A stretch of 64,000 bases of DNA from a plasmid. Under the pieces are notes generated by a model, which worked only from the letters and a program-made list of their open reading frames with translations, had not been told where the DNA came from and searched no databases. A program made the position numbers and the translations under genes. Positions 1 to 9,112 of the stretch are shown piece after piece. Position 1 is the first letter of the stretch. Each line of letters begins with the position of its first letter. The stretch is from sequence record NZ_CP011600.1; one strand, given 5' to 3'.

Positions 1-812
1 ACACCGACAATGTCACGGTTATCGACCAGCGGAGTGAGGATGGTGACCTGTCCCTGCGCGTTGAAAATGATGGAGCCCACCACACTCATCACAAGCTCTT
101 TAAGCTGCTGATTACCATCGAACAAATGATTGCGCCCCAGTGCGTCCCAGATGAGGTTTTTATTCTTGAGCACCTGGTCTTTTTGGGCATCGGACGCCTT
201 GCTCGTCACGTTGTCGCCCTGCCCTCCGACCGTGCACCCCTGACGCGATGCCGCCCAGTCAGCGAACATGTTGCTTTCGCCGGCGATGTCCTGGCAGATT
301 TTCTGGTTCGACACCTGTGAGACGGGCCACAGCCCGCCGATGATGCCTTGTGCCGCCTGACAGGAGCTCATGTTCATGGAATTAATATCACTGGCCAGTT
401 TCTGCAGAAAGTCTTTCGCCTGCTTGAGTTCCGGGACCATTGTCTGCAGGGCCAGATCAAAAGCATATCCGGCTGCGTTGGACATTATTTGCTTTGCAAA
501 GCGCTGGATTTCCTCTCCACTTATCATGGAGAACGCCCCGAGGTAGGCGTCAATACCGCCACAACCGGCATTGAGTGATGGTACCTGCATGGAAATAAGC
601 TGTACCTGTTTGACGGGATTTCGCAGGTACACTGAGCCACCGGTGAAATACCCGGCTGCCTGCCCCTGCCACGCCTGGGCTTTTGAAACATTCCCGTCAA
701 AACCGAGGCTGCCAAAATAGCCGTTAAGGTCGCCCTGTACATCGGCGAACGCCGGTGTACTGAGACCCAGCACCGTCACAGCAGAAAGAAGTAACTGACG
801 GAGTTTAATCAT
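1..812 (-). CDS. traH: TraH-like F-type pilus assembly protein, N-terminal part (gene runs off window start)
   Basis: Manual minus-strand translation from the ATG at 810-812 gives MIKLRQLLLSAVTVLGLSTPAFADVQGDLNGYFGSLGF...NAGCGGIDAYLGAFS... (signal peptide plus TraH-like motifs). Position after trbB matches F order. Absent from the ORF track because it is truncated by the window edge. Confidence 0.7.
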   Translation of the reverse strand, partial: MIKLRQLLLSAVTVLGLSTPAFADVQGDLNGYFGSLGFDGNVSKAQAWQGQAAGYFTGGSVYLRNPVKQVQLISMQVPSLNAGCGGIDAYLGAFSMISGEEIQRFAKQIMSNAAGYAFDLALQTMVPELKQAKDFLQKLASDINSMNMSSCQAAQGIIGGLWPVSQVSNQKICQDIAGESNMFADWAASRQGCTVGGQGDNVTSKASDAQKDQVLKNKNLIWDALGRNHLFDGNQQLKELVMSVVGSIIFNAQGQVTILTPLVDNRDIVG

Positions 813-1077
813 GCTGAACGCCTCCCCTGGCCGGTTCAGGTTTAAGACACTGGCGGACAACGTAGTGCCCCAGCGCGGTACTGATGAAGCCTGCACTCAG
901 GGATATCATCAGCAGGACCGGACAGTCCTGCAGAATAGTGACAAGTGTGTCAGCGCTCATGGCCCTGACAATCCGTCCGGCCAGCGTGCCGTATATCACC
1001 GCAGAGGTGAGAAAGGCGATGGCGAAAATCAGGCATACTTTTTCGGAACGCGATAACGCATACATGGATGTGCTCAT
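805..1077 (-). CDS. small hydrophobic membrane protein (TrbJ position in F order)
   Basis: 90-aa ORF with two hydrophobic segments, between trbB and traH, overlapping the traH start. Confidence 0.35.
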   Translation of the reverse strand: MSTSMYALSRSEKVCLIFAIAFLTSAVIYGTLAGRIVRAMSADTLVTILQDCPVLLMISLSAGFISTALGHYVVRQCLKPEPARGGVQHD

Positions 1078-1093
1078 TGTTAATCCGCCTGTA

Positions 1094-1738
1094 TTACTGA
1101 GTTGTCAGCGCGGCGCTGGCCGGAACCGGCCCCAGCGTGTCCGGGGAAAGATGATCAATATCCGCCTCAATCATCAGCGCGAGTCGCTGACGAAGCGTAT
1201 TCACATCGGTATCGCCCTGATAAAGCGGATAGGCCGTGTTGGTATGGACGTTGACCATAAACGTGGTGGGGGTGGCAATCGGCAGGCCATTGCCAAAGAA
1301 GGTCAGAATTTCACCAGCTATCGGCTCATTCGGTCCGGTTTTGCGCGGGATAAGTGCCACCGGGAAAGCGGTGTCACCGTAGCCATCCAGTGTATAGGGA
1401 TACACTTTGATCCCTTCCTGGTCTGCCCACGTTTTTAACTGAGGATCAAATTTCGCACTGTACTGACAGCCGCGCTGCATAAAGACCACGATGGCATAGT
1501 CATTCAGGTTCACCTGGCGACCATCGGTCAGCGTCATCATGTGCGGCGCTTTCACCGCTGCCGGTCGTGCAGGCTGTGTCCCCGGCAGACCAAAATCCAG
1601 CAGGGATGTTCCATGTTGGGCTTTCACCTGCTCCAGCCGGCTGATCTCATCAGCAACACTGGCCTGCACGGCCACCGGGCAGAGCAGTGCCAGCGCGGTA
1701 AGCAGTTCACTGTATCTCATGACTGGACCTCCGGTCAC
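1094..1738 (-). CDS. trbB: TrbB-like thioredoxin-fold periplasmic protein (F-type pilus assembly)
   Basis: Signal peptide and QRGCQYS thioredoxin-like active-site region. Position between traQ-like and traH as in F. Only one Cys in the motif (CXXS). Confidence 0.5.
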   Translation of the reverse strand: MTGGPVMRYSELLTALALLCPVAVQASVADEISRLEQVKAQHGTSLLDFGLPGTQPARPAAVKAPHMMTLTDGRQVNLNDYAIVVFMQRGCQYSAKFDPQLKTWADQEGIKVYPYTLDGYGDTAFPVALIPRKTGPNEPIAGEILTFFGNGLPIATPTTFMVNVHTNTAYPLYQGDTDVNTLRQRLALMIEADIDHLSPDTLGPVPASAALTTQ

Positions 1739-1922
1739 GACGGGCGCGTCGGTACGCGACCAGTTCCACTATCAATGCCAGTGCAACCAGTGAGAAGCAT
1801 ATTACACTCCCGACCACCAGGACTTCCCGTGTGAGGATGACAGACCAGGCCAGTAACTGGCGCAGGCAGTTCAAAATGATGCCGGTCATAAAGAGCATGG
1901 CGATAAGAGGGAGTCGTTTCAT
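1707..1922 (-). CDS. small inner-membrane protein (TraQ position)
   Basis: 71 aa, strongly hydrophobic, basic C-terminus. Located where traQ sits in F. Confidence 0.35.
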   Translation of the reverse strand: MKRLPLIAMLFMTGIILNCLRQLLAWSVILTREVLVVGSVICFSLVALALIVELVAYRRARRDRRSSHEIQ

Positions 1923-2374
1923 CTCTCACCTCGCATGGTGGGGAGTATTTTCCCGGCCTTTTCTTTTAGCCAGAGGACAATGACCAAAGATTCCTTCATG
2001 CCATTCCAGGACCACCATATGCCAGCGCCCAGAATGGCCAACCACAGATAAACATGCCTGATGAAGGTGTCTGTTGACCGCTGCCAGGTGTCAGCATCGA
2101 CAAGAACACGTTCACATACTGGTTTCACAGAAGGAACGGGGGGAAGGCTGTCTTCCGGCGAGGTGTTACGTGGTGGAACACAATCCCACACCTTACCGGG
2201 TGGCGCATCCGCAACCAGACTCCGGGCTTCCTCCATAAACTCCCCCGCGAGAGAGTTATTAAAGGAGAGAAAAACAAAGCCGACAAAAAAGAACAGTGCC
2301 GGCGCAGTGACAAAACTGAACCAGAGGGCGCGGCGGAATGTGCACACCACGCGCCAGGTGCTGATGTTATTCAT
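1919..2374 (-). CDS. membrane protein, unknown function (TrbA position)
   Basis: 151 aa with two TM segments, translationally coupled between traF and the traQ-like ORF. Confidence 0.4.
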   Translation of the reverse strand: MNNISTWRVVCTFRRALWFSFVTAPALFFFVGFVFLSFNNSLAGEFMEEARSLVADAPPGKVWDCVPPRNTSPEDSLPPVPSVKPVCERVLVDADTWQRSTDTFIRHVYLWLAILGAGIWWSWNGMKESLVIVLWLKEKAGKILPTMRGER

Positions 2375-2383
2375 GGGAACTCC

Positions 2384-3181
2384 TCAGAAATTAGGTCTGA
2401 ACCCGGTGGCCACATTCAGGAACCGTTTCGCCAGGTCATCCTGCGTCATGAAGCCGTACGCCAGTGGCCGGTAGTCCTTCGTGGCCGGGTCGACAAGGTA
2501 GAGTGCCGGGAAATGGCTGATGCCCATTCGCGCACTCTGCCCGGTATCCGGACGGCTGTCCGGCACCTGCGGGGACACGGTGCCATCCACACTGACCGGT
2601 ATCAGCGATATATGACGCAGGCGGGCAAAGTCCGCGACCACGCCCGCCATCTGCGCATCAATCGGGTTACTGCCCCGGTAGAAATAGAACAGGCCGTACT
2701 GCCCGGCCAGCTGGCTGATGGCCTGCGACTGTTTTTCCTGATCCCGTGCCTGCTGGAGCGGGGCGGTGCTGTTATAGTGCGGATGCTCCAGGTTGTAATC
2801 GAGATCCGGATGCGCAAGCTGCGCCACCGCGAATGACTGGCTGAACATTGATGCGCGGTCCGTCCAGAACTTCTGCCAGCGCAGAAAGGTGGCCGTATTC
2901 TCCGACGAGGGGTAGAGCATGGCGCGTGTCATCGCCTCTTTCGTATACCCCTTCAGCACCTCAGCCTGCTCAACCGGTGACAGTTTGCTGAAATCCGGAA
3001 CCTTCTGTGGCGCAGGCACTGATGCAGGTGCCTCTTTCGGTTTTTTCGGTTCGTTGTACCAGTGCCAGCCTGTAAAAGGATCGGCTGGCGTGACCACGGC
3101 ATCTGCGGGGGGAGGCTCATCGGCCAGCACCGGTGCGACACCGGATATCAGGAGACAGGCAAGCAGCAGTTTTTTCATCAT
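2384..3181 (-). CDS. traF: TraF-like thioredoxin-fold pilus assembly protein
   Basis: Signal peptide, 265 aa, TraF-like C-terminal domain without CXXC. Follows traN as in F. Confidence 0.7.
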   Translation of the reverse strand: MMKKLLLACLLISGVAPVLADEPPPADAVVTPADPFTGWHWYNEPKKPKEAPASVPAPQKVPDFSKLSPVEQAEVLKGYTKEAMTRAMLYPSSENTATFLRWQKFWTDRASMFSQSFAVAQLAHPDLDYNLEHPHYNSTAPLQQARDQEKQSQAISQLAGQYGLFYFYRGSNPIDAQMAGVVADFARLRHISLIPVSVDGTVSPQVPDSRPDTGQSARMGISHFPALYLVDPATKDYRPLAYGFMTQDDLAKRFLNVATGFRPNF

Positions 3182-5061
3182 TTCCCCCCCATCTGATTTA
3201 CCTGGGCGGCCACGCGGTCTTTCGCCAGTTGGGCCATCGTGGACGCATCCGGGATTTTCTGGTTATTCATCAGGTCTTCGTAGAAATCCGCGAAGTTAAT
3301 CAGATCGAAATTGATATCCTGCAGCTCCGGGACCGTAATACCCCGGCAGTCAGGGTTATCACCACTGCCAAAACTCACCCCCAACTGGTCACGGCGCCCC
3401 TGTTCCTGAATGATGCGCGCCAGCTTGCCCTGGAAAACGCAGTAGACCTGGCTTTTCTGGACGCAGGCCCCGAGGACTTTGTGATCACAACGCTCACCGA
3501 CACTGACCGTGACCTTTTTGGCTTTTGCCTTACCGATGGCCATCTCATCACTGTTGCAGGCCGCCAGTCCGGCATCCGCACCCCAGCCCGAGTCCTTACA
3601 ACAGTTGTTGAAGCCGGCGAACGCCTTGCGGCAGCTCATCGCCTGGCCGCTAAATGCCCTGACGTTGACCTGGTCATCCCGGACGTTTTCGCCCGCCGAG
3701 GCCAGCCCCGCCAGTTTGGCCACCGCCGTATCAAAGCCGCTGTCACCGGCCCCATTGGTATCGCTGCAGTCTCCGGTTTTGCAGAAATAATCCCCGCCAC
3801 AGACCAGGCCACTGGAGGAGTAGACCTTCTGGCACTGGTAGGTTTCTGTCTGATGGAGACACGTACCTGTTGCTGCATCTGTGTCAGTACAGGTATGAGC
3901 GGAAAGCGTACAACTGGGGTTGTTGATTAGAGAAGCACAATTACCGGTAGAATTTGTCCCCGTTACATAGGAATCAGTGTATCCCCAGCAATCGCTGTAC
4001 TGACTGTACTGGACACCGTCAACCGTAACAGTCCTTGTTCCGCCAGGGTCTGTGCAAATACTGCCAGCACTTGACTTCGCAGTAGCGGTATCAAAGCCGC
4101 AACTGCTACTCCAGGTGATCTGTGGAACATATTTTTGTGTCCCTGTACGGAACGTAAACACTATCTGGAAATGCCATATGGGCGACCCGCCGGGTGATGA
4201 AAATAAATCCTCGACCATGTAGGGAACGTTCTGTTTGTTATTCACTACAATTCGCAATAATTCATCTTTGTTAAAAGCATTGCCTGCAGGCAGTGTGTAG
4301 CTACCTGATGTGTCATACATATTCAGTGTTTGGCCCAGCAAAGTGAGATTCAGGAAATAAAGGTCATTGCTTTTTGCTGCTGACCGGTCAAAGGTATATG
4401 TCATAGTTGCTGAAATGACTTCACCAGAGGGCACCGGAACGTCGTAGTAATAAGGCCCTTTATCCCCGCTCCCCTGAAGAGGCAGAGTCTGCCCCCCGGC
4501 GCTTAATTTTCGGTTCGTAAAATCAATGGTGTAAGTGGTATACGCATAATCATCGACATATGACCCTGTAATGGATGCTGTTCGTCCGCACGTTTCGATG
4601 TCACCCACGTCACGGTCACACTGGAAGTTTTCAAATGTGGATTTGGACACTGCGGTACTGGTGCACTGCTGGCTGGTTCCGTTGAGTACGCTTTCTGAGC
4701 CACTCTCTGCCGCTTTGCCTGCCGTGATGAACGGCGCATTCGGATCAATGACCGGCGACGGGTTTTTGGTGCTGGCGTCAATGACGGCCTGACCGGCATT
4801 ACTGCCCAGCAGGGCAGACTGGCCTTTATCACTCAGCCCGCTGTCCCCGCCTCTGACACCCCCGTAGTAGTTTGTCTCGGACGGATTACTGGTGTATCCC
4901 GGGATAGCGCTGTTCACGGCATCGGTGTTCTTTAGTGCAGACGTCCCCTGTGATGCGCTGCCTTTCCCGAAACTGGACCCCGCCTTATAGGCATCGCTGT
5001 TCGCATCCGCAAAGGCCAGTCCGCTGAACAGCAGAACGAGAATAGCGAGAGACATTTTCAT
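3178..5061 (-). CDS. traN: TraN-like mating-pair stabilization outer-membrane protein
   Basis: 627 aa, signal peptide, more than 20 Cys in the C-terminal half (hallmark of TraN). Follows trbC as in F. Confidence 0.8.
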   Translation of the reverse strand: MKMSLAILVLLFSGLAFADANSDAYKAGSSFGKGSASQGTSALKNTDAVNSAIPGYTSNPSETNYYGGVRGGDSGLSDKGQSALLGSNAGQAVIDASTKNPSPVIDPNAPFITAGKAAESGSESVLNGTSQQCTSTAVSKSTFENFQCDRDVGDIETCGRTASITGSYVDDYAYTTYTIDFTNRKLSAGGQTLPLQGSGDKGPYYYDVPVPSGEVISATMTYTFDRSAAKSNDLYFLNLTLLGQTLNMYDTSGSYTLPAGNAFNKDELLRIVVNNKQNVPYMVEDLFSSPGGSPIWHFQIVFTFRTGTQKYVPQITWSSSCGFDTATAKSSAGSICTDPGGTRTVTVDGVQYSQYSDCWGYTDSYVTGTNSTGNCASLINNPSCTLSAHTCTDTDAATGTCLHQTETYQCQKVYSSSGLVCGGDYFCKTGDCSDTNGAGDSGFDTAVAKLAGLASAGENVRDDQVNVRAFSGQAMSCRKAFAGFNNCCKDSGWGADAGLAACNSDEMAIGKAKAKKVTVSVGERCDHKVLGACVQKSQVYCVFQGKLARIIQEQGRRDQLGVSFGSGDNPDCRGITVPELQDINFDLINFADFYEDLMNNQKIPDASTMAQLAKDRVAAQVNQMGGK

Positions 5062-5678
5062 CGGGCCGCCTCCAGCAGTTTGCGCGCCGTGGCGGCGCAG
5101 TCGCCCTGTTCTGCGATTTTACCCAGCGCATCGCGCAACGGCAGGCTGCCCCGGATAACGTCGTAATGCCCCGGGCAGGTGACAACCAGCGCCGGCACCG
5201 CCGTAATGTGGTAATCGCTGTACAGCGTCGGGTCTATCTGCACCCCGACATTTTTATCTTCCTTCGTCAGCTCAAACATCATGGCGGCCGTCTTGCGAAA
5301 ATCATTATCGACGAGGCCACGCAATGTGGCCGGTATCTTTAATCGCGCTGCATCCTGCAGCATGGGCAACAGACCTTCCCGGGGGATACCGAGGCTGACA
5401 AAGTAAATGGCATCCGGAGTGCGCTGTTCTCCCCCTCCCTGCGCAGTCTGGTCATTGCGAATGCCCTGCTGCAGTTTCTCCACCAGGTCCTGTTGCGCGG
5501 GCGGCAGGGTCATCGTCTGGCCCGCCAGTGAATTTTTAAACTCCTGCAGGGCATTCTGCTGCTGTTTCATCCATTCGCGGTCCCGGCCGTTAACGGCAAC
5601 CTGATCGCTGGCGAAAGAAACGGACATGCTTAAGAGCAGGCCACTGGCGAACAGGGCCTGAAAACGGCGTGTATTCAT
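5058..5678 (-). CDS. trbC: TrbC-like periplasmic pilus assembly protein
   Basis: 206 aa, signal peptide. Position between traU and traN. Family resemblance to F TrbC. Confidence 0.65.
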   Translation of the reverse strand: MNTRRFQALFASGLLLSMSVSFASDQVAVNGRDREWMKQQQNALQEFKNSLAGQTMTLPPAQQDLVEKLQQGIRNDQTAQGGGEQRTPDAIYFVSLGIPREGLLPMLQDAARLKIPATLRGLVDNDFRKTAAMMFELTKEDKNVGVQIDPTLYSDYHITAVPALVVTCPGHYDVIRGSLPLRDALGKIAEQGDCAATARKLLEAAR

Positions 5679-5687
5679 GATCGGTTC

Positions 5688-6680
5688 CTACAGAAAGACG
5701 CAGTTGCGTTTGCGCCACATCAGATAGCCAAAATTCTTTTTGGACTGCGGAGTGTTGTGCGTGGTGCCCCACAGCTGCGTACTGGCGCCGAAGGGGTGAC
5801 AGCTCGACGTCTCGGGATACATGTTCACCATCTGGTAGCGCCATCGCTCTTTCGGAATGATGGGCGACGGATATTGAAAACAGACGGCGGTGTCTGCCCC
5901 CACGGAATTCATCACCAGGCCTTCCCGGTGCAGTTTGTAGGCCATACGCTCACTGACCAGCAAGGAGGATTCGAGCGGCGAAAACTCACCACTGGTATAG
6001 CCCGTGAACGGGTACATCGAGCCCTGTGCACCGGCGCACCAGAACAGGGGAGACAGGGGCAAACCGGCAGAGCTGGCAGCGGCATCTGCGGCACAGGCAG
6101 CCTGAGCAATCAGGTTGCCAAACAGCGCGGCTTCCGGGTTGATGATCATCGAGAGCGTGGAGTCGTTCCACATCGGGTCGACCTCAGACAGATACGCAAT
6201 GTCCATGTCCCCGGTCTGCATGCAGCCGATACTGGTGATAATGTTCAGCCAGAAAATCAGCGGGTATTTATACCAGTGGACGTGGTAGAACGCGCCCGCA
6301 GCGGGCCGGTCACTCTGTCCTGCCGTGCCTGTACCGGTCCTTCCCAGGTCAATCTTGAAGCCCCCCATATTGACCATCACGCCCGGTTCCCGGGTTACGT
6401 CCGTCATGGCCATCGGTTCCCAGAATCCAATAGCCAGCCCGATGCGATAGAGAATACCGACCGGGCAAATCTGGATGGGTGACGCGGGGTTATTGGTATC
6501 CGGTTGCGGACCGGACGCCAGTTGGATACTGCCCAGCGTCATCGGGAACAGGCATTTCCAGCAGACGTCTGAAATGGGGTTCACCCAGCGGCCGTCACCG
6601 GCATTACTCCCCGCCGCCATCACCGGTTTTGCCAGCATGGCGGAGAAGAGCAGGCAGGTGATCAGCAAGAAACGCTTCAT
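5688..6680 (-). CDS. traU: TraU pilus assembly protein
   Basis: 330 aa (same length as F TraU). Motifs WVNPISDVCWKCLFPMTLGS and WRKRNC closely parallel F TraU. Confidence 0.85.
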   Translation of the reverse strand: MKRFLLITCLLFSAMLAKPVMAAGSNAGDGRWVNPISDVCWKCLFPMTLGSIQLASGPQPDTNNPASPIQICPVGILYRIGLAIGFWEPMAMTDVTREPGVMVNMGGFKIDLGRTGTGTAGQSDRPAAGAFYHVHWYKYPLIFWLNIITSIGCMQTGDMDIAYLSEVDPMWNDSTLSMIINPEAALFGNLIAQAACAADAAASSAGLPLSPLFWCAGAQGSMYPFTGYTSGEFSPLESSLLVSERMAYKLHREGLVMNSVGADTAVCFQYPSPIIPKERWRYQMVNMYPETSSCHPFGASTQLWGTTHNTPQSKKNFGYLMWRKRNCVFL

Positions 6681-7015
6681 GAGGCGGCCTCCTCCCGGCG
6701 GCGCAGCCAGATACAGACGGCTCCGTCATCCATATCGTGAATACTGCCGGTAAACCAGCCTCCACCGGCGGGAACAGAGGGCTGCCAGAGACTGCAGTTA
6801 CCGGTTTTCCAGAATGTGTCCATCATCCAGTCCGGTACATCGTTTTCCATCCAGACGGTTGCTGACTGCAGGTGGTGTTCTGCAAGCCAGGCTTCAAACT
6901 CACCCGGGCGCGGAAATTCACGCGAGTCAGACGGTGAAAAAAAGTCAGGGTGTGTCCAGCCGCCCCAGCGATCGCGCACGACCGGCTGAGCCGATATTTC
7001 AGCAGGTTTGGTCAT
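6677..7015 (-). CDS. hypothetical Trp-rich protein (no F counterpart)
   Basis: Internal ATG at 7013-7015 gives a 113-aa ORF (MTKPAEIS...) overlapping the traU start by ATGA. The upstream extension in the track is probably not translated. Confidence 0.4.
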   Translation of the reverse strand: MTKPAEISAQPVVRDRWGGWTHPDFFSPSDSREFPRPGEFEAWLAEHHLQSATVWMENDVPDWMMDTFWKTGNCSLWQPSVPAGGGWFTGSIHDMDDGAVCIWLRRREEAAS

Positions 7016-7080
7016 AATGGTGGATTCCGTAAAAACAGCAGAAGAGGGTAAGAATGGCTCTGGGTAAACGGCCTGTACCG

Positions 7081-7758
7081 TTATTGTCCGGTCAGCCCGT
7101 TCGTGGTGCAGGTGTTCACTTCCTGTCTGACGACATACCAGCCGGTCGATTCTGCCGCCTGGCAGCACCAGTCGGCCCAGCTTTCCGTATAGCCGTCATC
7201 AGCGGCCTGCTGCAGTATCTGTTCAAGGGCCTCGCCCCTGCGGGACGGCGAAACATACCGCTCACGTGCCCGTACTATGGTGGCCCCCACGCGCCTGCGG
7301 GCGTCAGGGGACAACACCACTTTGTCATGCGCCGTCCTGCGCAGCGCATAACCTTCCTCATCCAGCGCATCACTGAATGCGGACAGAAGTGACTGCCAGT
7401 AAGCGGCATTCTGATCTTCTGCTGCACGGACGGCCATCTCCCGGCTGCCAAACGTCAGGGCCACAGGGGCGGGCTTTCCATACTTCATATCAGCGGTTTT
7501 CCGGCGTCCGGTAACCACGCGACCAGTACGCAGGATAACAATGGCCAGTGCCAGAAGAACAACGAAAAGCCCGGCGGCCGGAAGATGCCCCATCAACTGA
7601 CTGAACGCGTTGATGCCGTCAGGAGAAAGAACGGTTTCGGCACGACACACCGGCGTTTGCGAAAACTCTGCCGGAACGGGCCGCAAAAGCGCTCCGTCAT
7701 CAGGCGGCTTCATGACCGTCTGCGTCGCGACCGGCAGCTCCGGGTATTCAGTTGACAT
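7081..7758 (-). CDS. hypothetical membrane-anchored protein (no F counterpart)
   Basis: 225 aa, one TM segment (LPAAGLFVVLLALAIVIL), inside the tra operon between traW and traU. Confidence 0.4.
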   Translation of the reverse strand: MSTEYPELPVATQTVMKPPDDGALLRPVPAEFSQTPVCRAETVLSPDGINAFSQLMGHLPAAGLFVVLLALAIVILRTGRVVTGRRKTADMKYGKPAPVALTFGSREMAVRAAEDQNAAYWQSLLSAFSDALDEEGYALRRTAHDKVVLSPDARRRVGATIVRARERYVSPSRRGEALEQILQQAADDGYTESWADWCCQAAESTGWYVVRQEVNTCTTNGLTGQ

Positions 7759-8038
7759 GCGATCCTCCCTGGCCCGTCAGGTATCCCATGCCGTGCCGGC
7801 GGATGACGTCGCTGACATCTTTCTCATTCAGCGAAGCGATAACGATGGCGGTTCTGACATCGCTGCTGCAGGCCAGCAGCACCTGCAGTGCCGCCCGGAT
7901 AATCACCGATTCAGTGTAGAGAGGATGTTCCTCCGTCATACTGCGCAGACCGTCTTTATCAGCATCATTAATGCGCACGGTAGTGGCATGACGCTTAACC
8001 TGCTCAGGGGCAAGTGGCCCCCGCGTGTTGTGACTCAT
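7748..8038 (-). CDS. hypothetical protein (no F counterpart)
   Basis: 96 aa, start overlaps the traW stop (ATGA), so it is coupled to the operon. Confidence 0.4.
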   Translation of the reverse strand: MSHNTRGPLAPEQVKRHATTVRINDADKDGLRSMTEEHPLYTESVIIRAALQVLLACSSDVRTAIVIASLNEKDVSDVIRRHGMGYLTGQGGSHVN

Positions 8039-8655
8039 TTCAGTGCCACCTCCTCCACCTTAAGCCAGCGGTCATCGCGTGTAATGCGGACCGGTGTATG
8101 CTCAAAGCCGAATTTTGTTGTTAGCGTGCCGTACTGATCGAAGTACACCGGCTCGTCCAGCGCCAGACTGGTATCCCGGATGTTTCCGTTCACCAGAATG
8201 ACTTTGAAATTTTGCTGCCCGGACAGCTGCTGCCTGATCCACGTCATCTGCACCGGATTGTCGCCATCAATGAAATACAACGTCTCACTGAACGGCACCT
8301 TATCCAGCGGATTCACCCGGTCACCTGCCCGTGCGATGACATTGCCGCGCATATCCCGGATGGTTTCATTTACCGTGAAAGTCGGGTCATAGCGGAATGC
8401 CCTGTCCTTTGTGGCGGGAGTGAGCCCTGCCACCGGTTCAGGACGCACCGCGTGGGCTTTCACCCGCGCCTCGGCTTCCCGCTGTATCCTGTCCAGCTCG
8501 CCACTTTCCTTCATTCCTTCCAGCCGCTGGCCGATAAAAGCCAGCAAATCAGGCTCTGTGACAGGAAACAGGTGGCCGAGGGTACCGAGGTCTTTCGCAC
8601 CGGCGGGCAGTGACAGCATCGCGGCAAGCACGATGGCCACAGGGCCGGCTCTCAT
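8035..8655 (-). CDS. traW: TraW-like pilus assembly protein
   Basis: True start taken as MRAGPVAIVLAAM (signal peptide) at 8653-8655. The 311-aa track ORF is an upstream read-through. 206 aa, similar size to F TraW. Confidence 0.7.
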   Translation of the reverse strand: MRAGPVAIVLAAMLSLPAGAKDLGTLGHLFPVTEPDLLAFIGQRLEGMKESGELDRIQREAEARVKAHAVRPEPVAGLTPATKDRAFRYDPTFTVNETIRDMRGNVIARAGDRVNPLDKVPFSETLYFIDGDNPVQMTWIRQQLSGQQNFKVILVNGNIRDTSLALDEPVYFDQYGTLTTKFGFEHTPVRITRDDRWLKVEEVALK

Positions 8656-9098
8656 GGTGCCCCCTGCATCTGACGTGCGATGTCCGCCTGTATTTCCGGC
8701 GTGATGTCCACCGCGCCCGATACCACCGCACCTTTTACCAGAATGATGCCCCCGTGCGTCGCCTGCCAGCGGGTCAGACTCGCATCCAGCGACGCCCCGA
8801 AGCGTTTTGTCAGCGCCTCTAGCGCTTCTTTTGTCAGCGAAGACTGTGCCGTCTGCTGCCTGAAGGTATCGATGGTGCCCTTCATATCGAACACCACATA
8901 CGCCGGCTGCATCATCGTTGTGACAAGCACGCTGATGCAGGCACTGAGCATAAGAACCAGCACAACACACGCGGCAATGTAAACGCTGCGCCTGCGCAGT
9001 AAGGAACGTTTACGCGGGCGGTTTTCGTCCGTGAGACGCTCTACAGCATCCGGCGCACTGTGCTCCGGCACTGAAACCTGAGTATTTTCGTCCTGCAT
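8652..9098 (-). CDS. trbI: TrbI-like inner-membrane protein
   Basis: 148 aa, single TM segment. Sits between traC and traW as trbI does in F. Confidence 0.5.
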   Translation of the reverse strand: MQDENTQVSVPEHSAPDAVERLTDENRPRKRSLLRRRSVYIAACVVLVLMLSACISVLVTTMMQPAYVVFDMKGTIDTFRQQTAQSSLTKEALEALTKRFGASLDASLTRWQATHGGIILVKGAVVSGAVDITPEIQADIARQMQGAP

Positions 9099-9112
9099 AT
9101 TGGGTACTCCTC

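Noticed and set aside
8656-8970. N-terminal 105-aa extension of the traW track ORF (8035..8970), and likewise the extension of 6677..7168
   Set aside because: The extensions are His/Gly/Arg-rich and overlap the upstream gene. An internal ATG gives a canonical signal-peptide start (TraW) or operon-coupled start.
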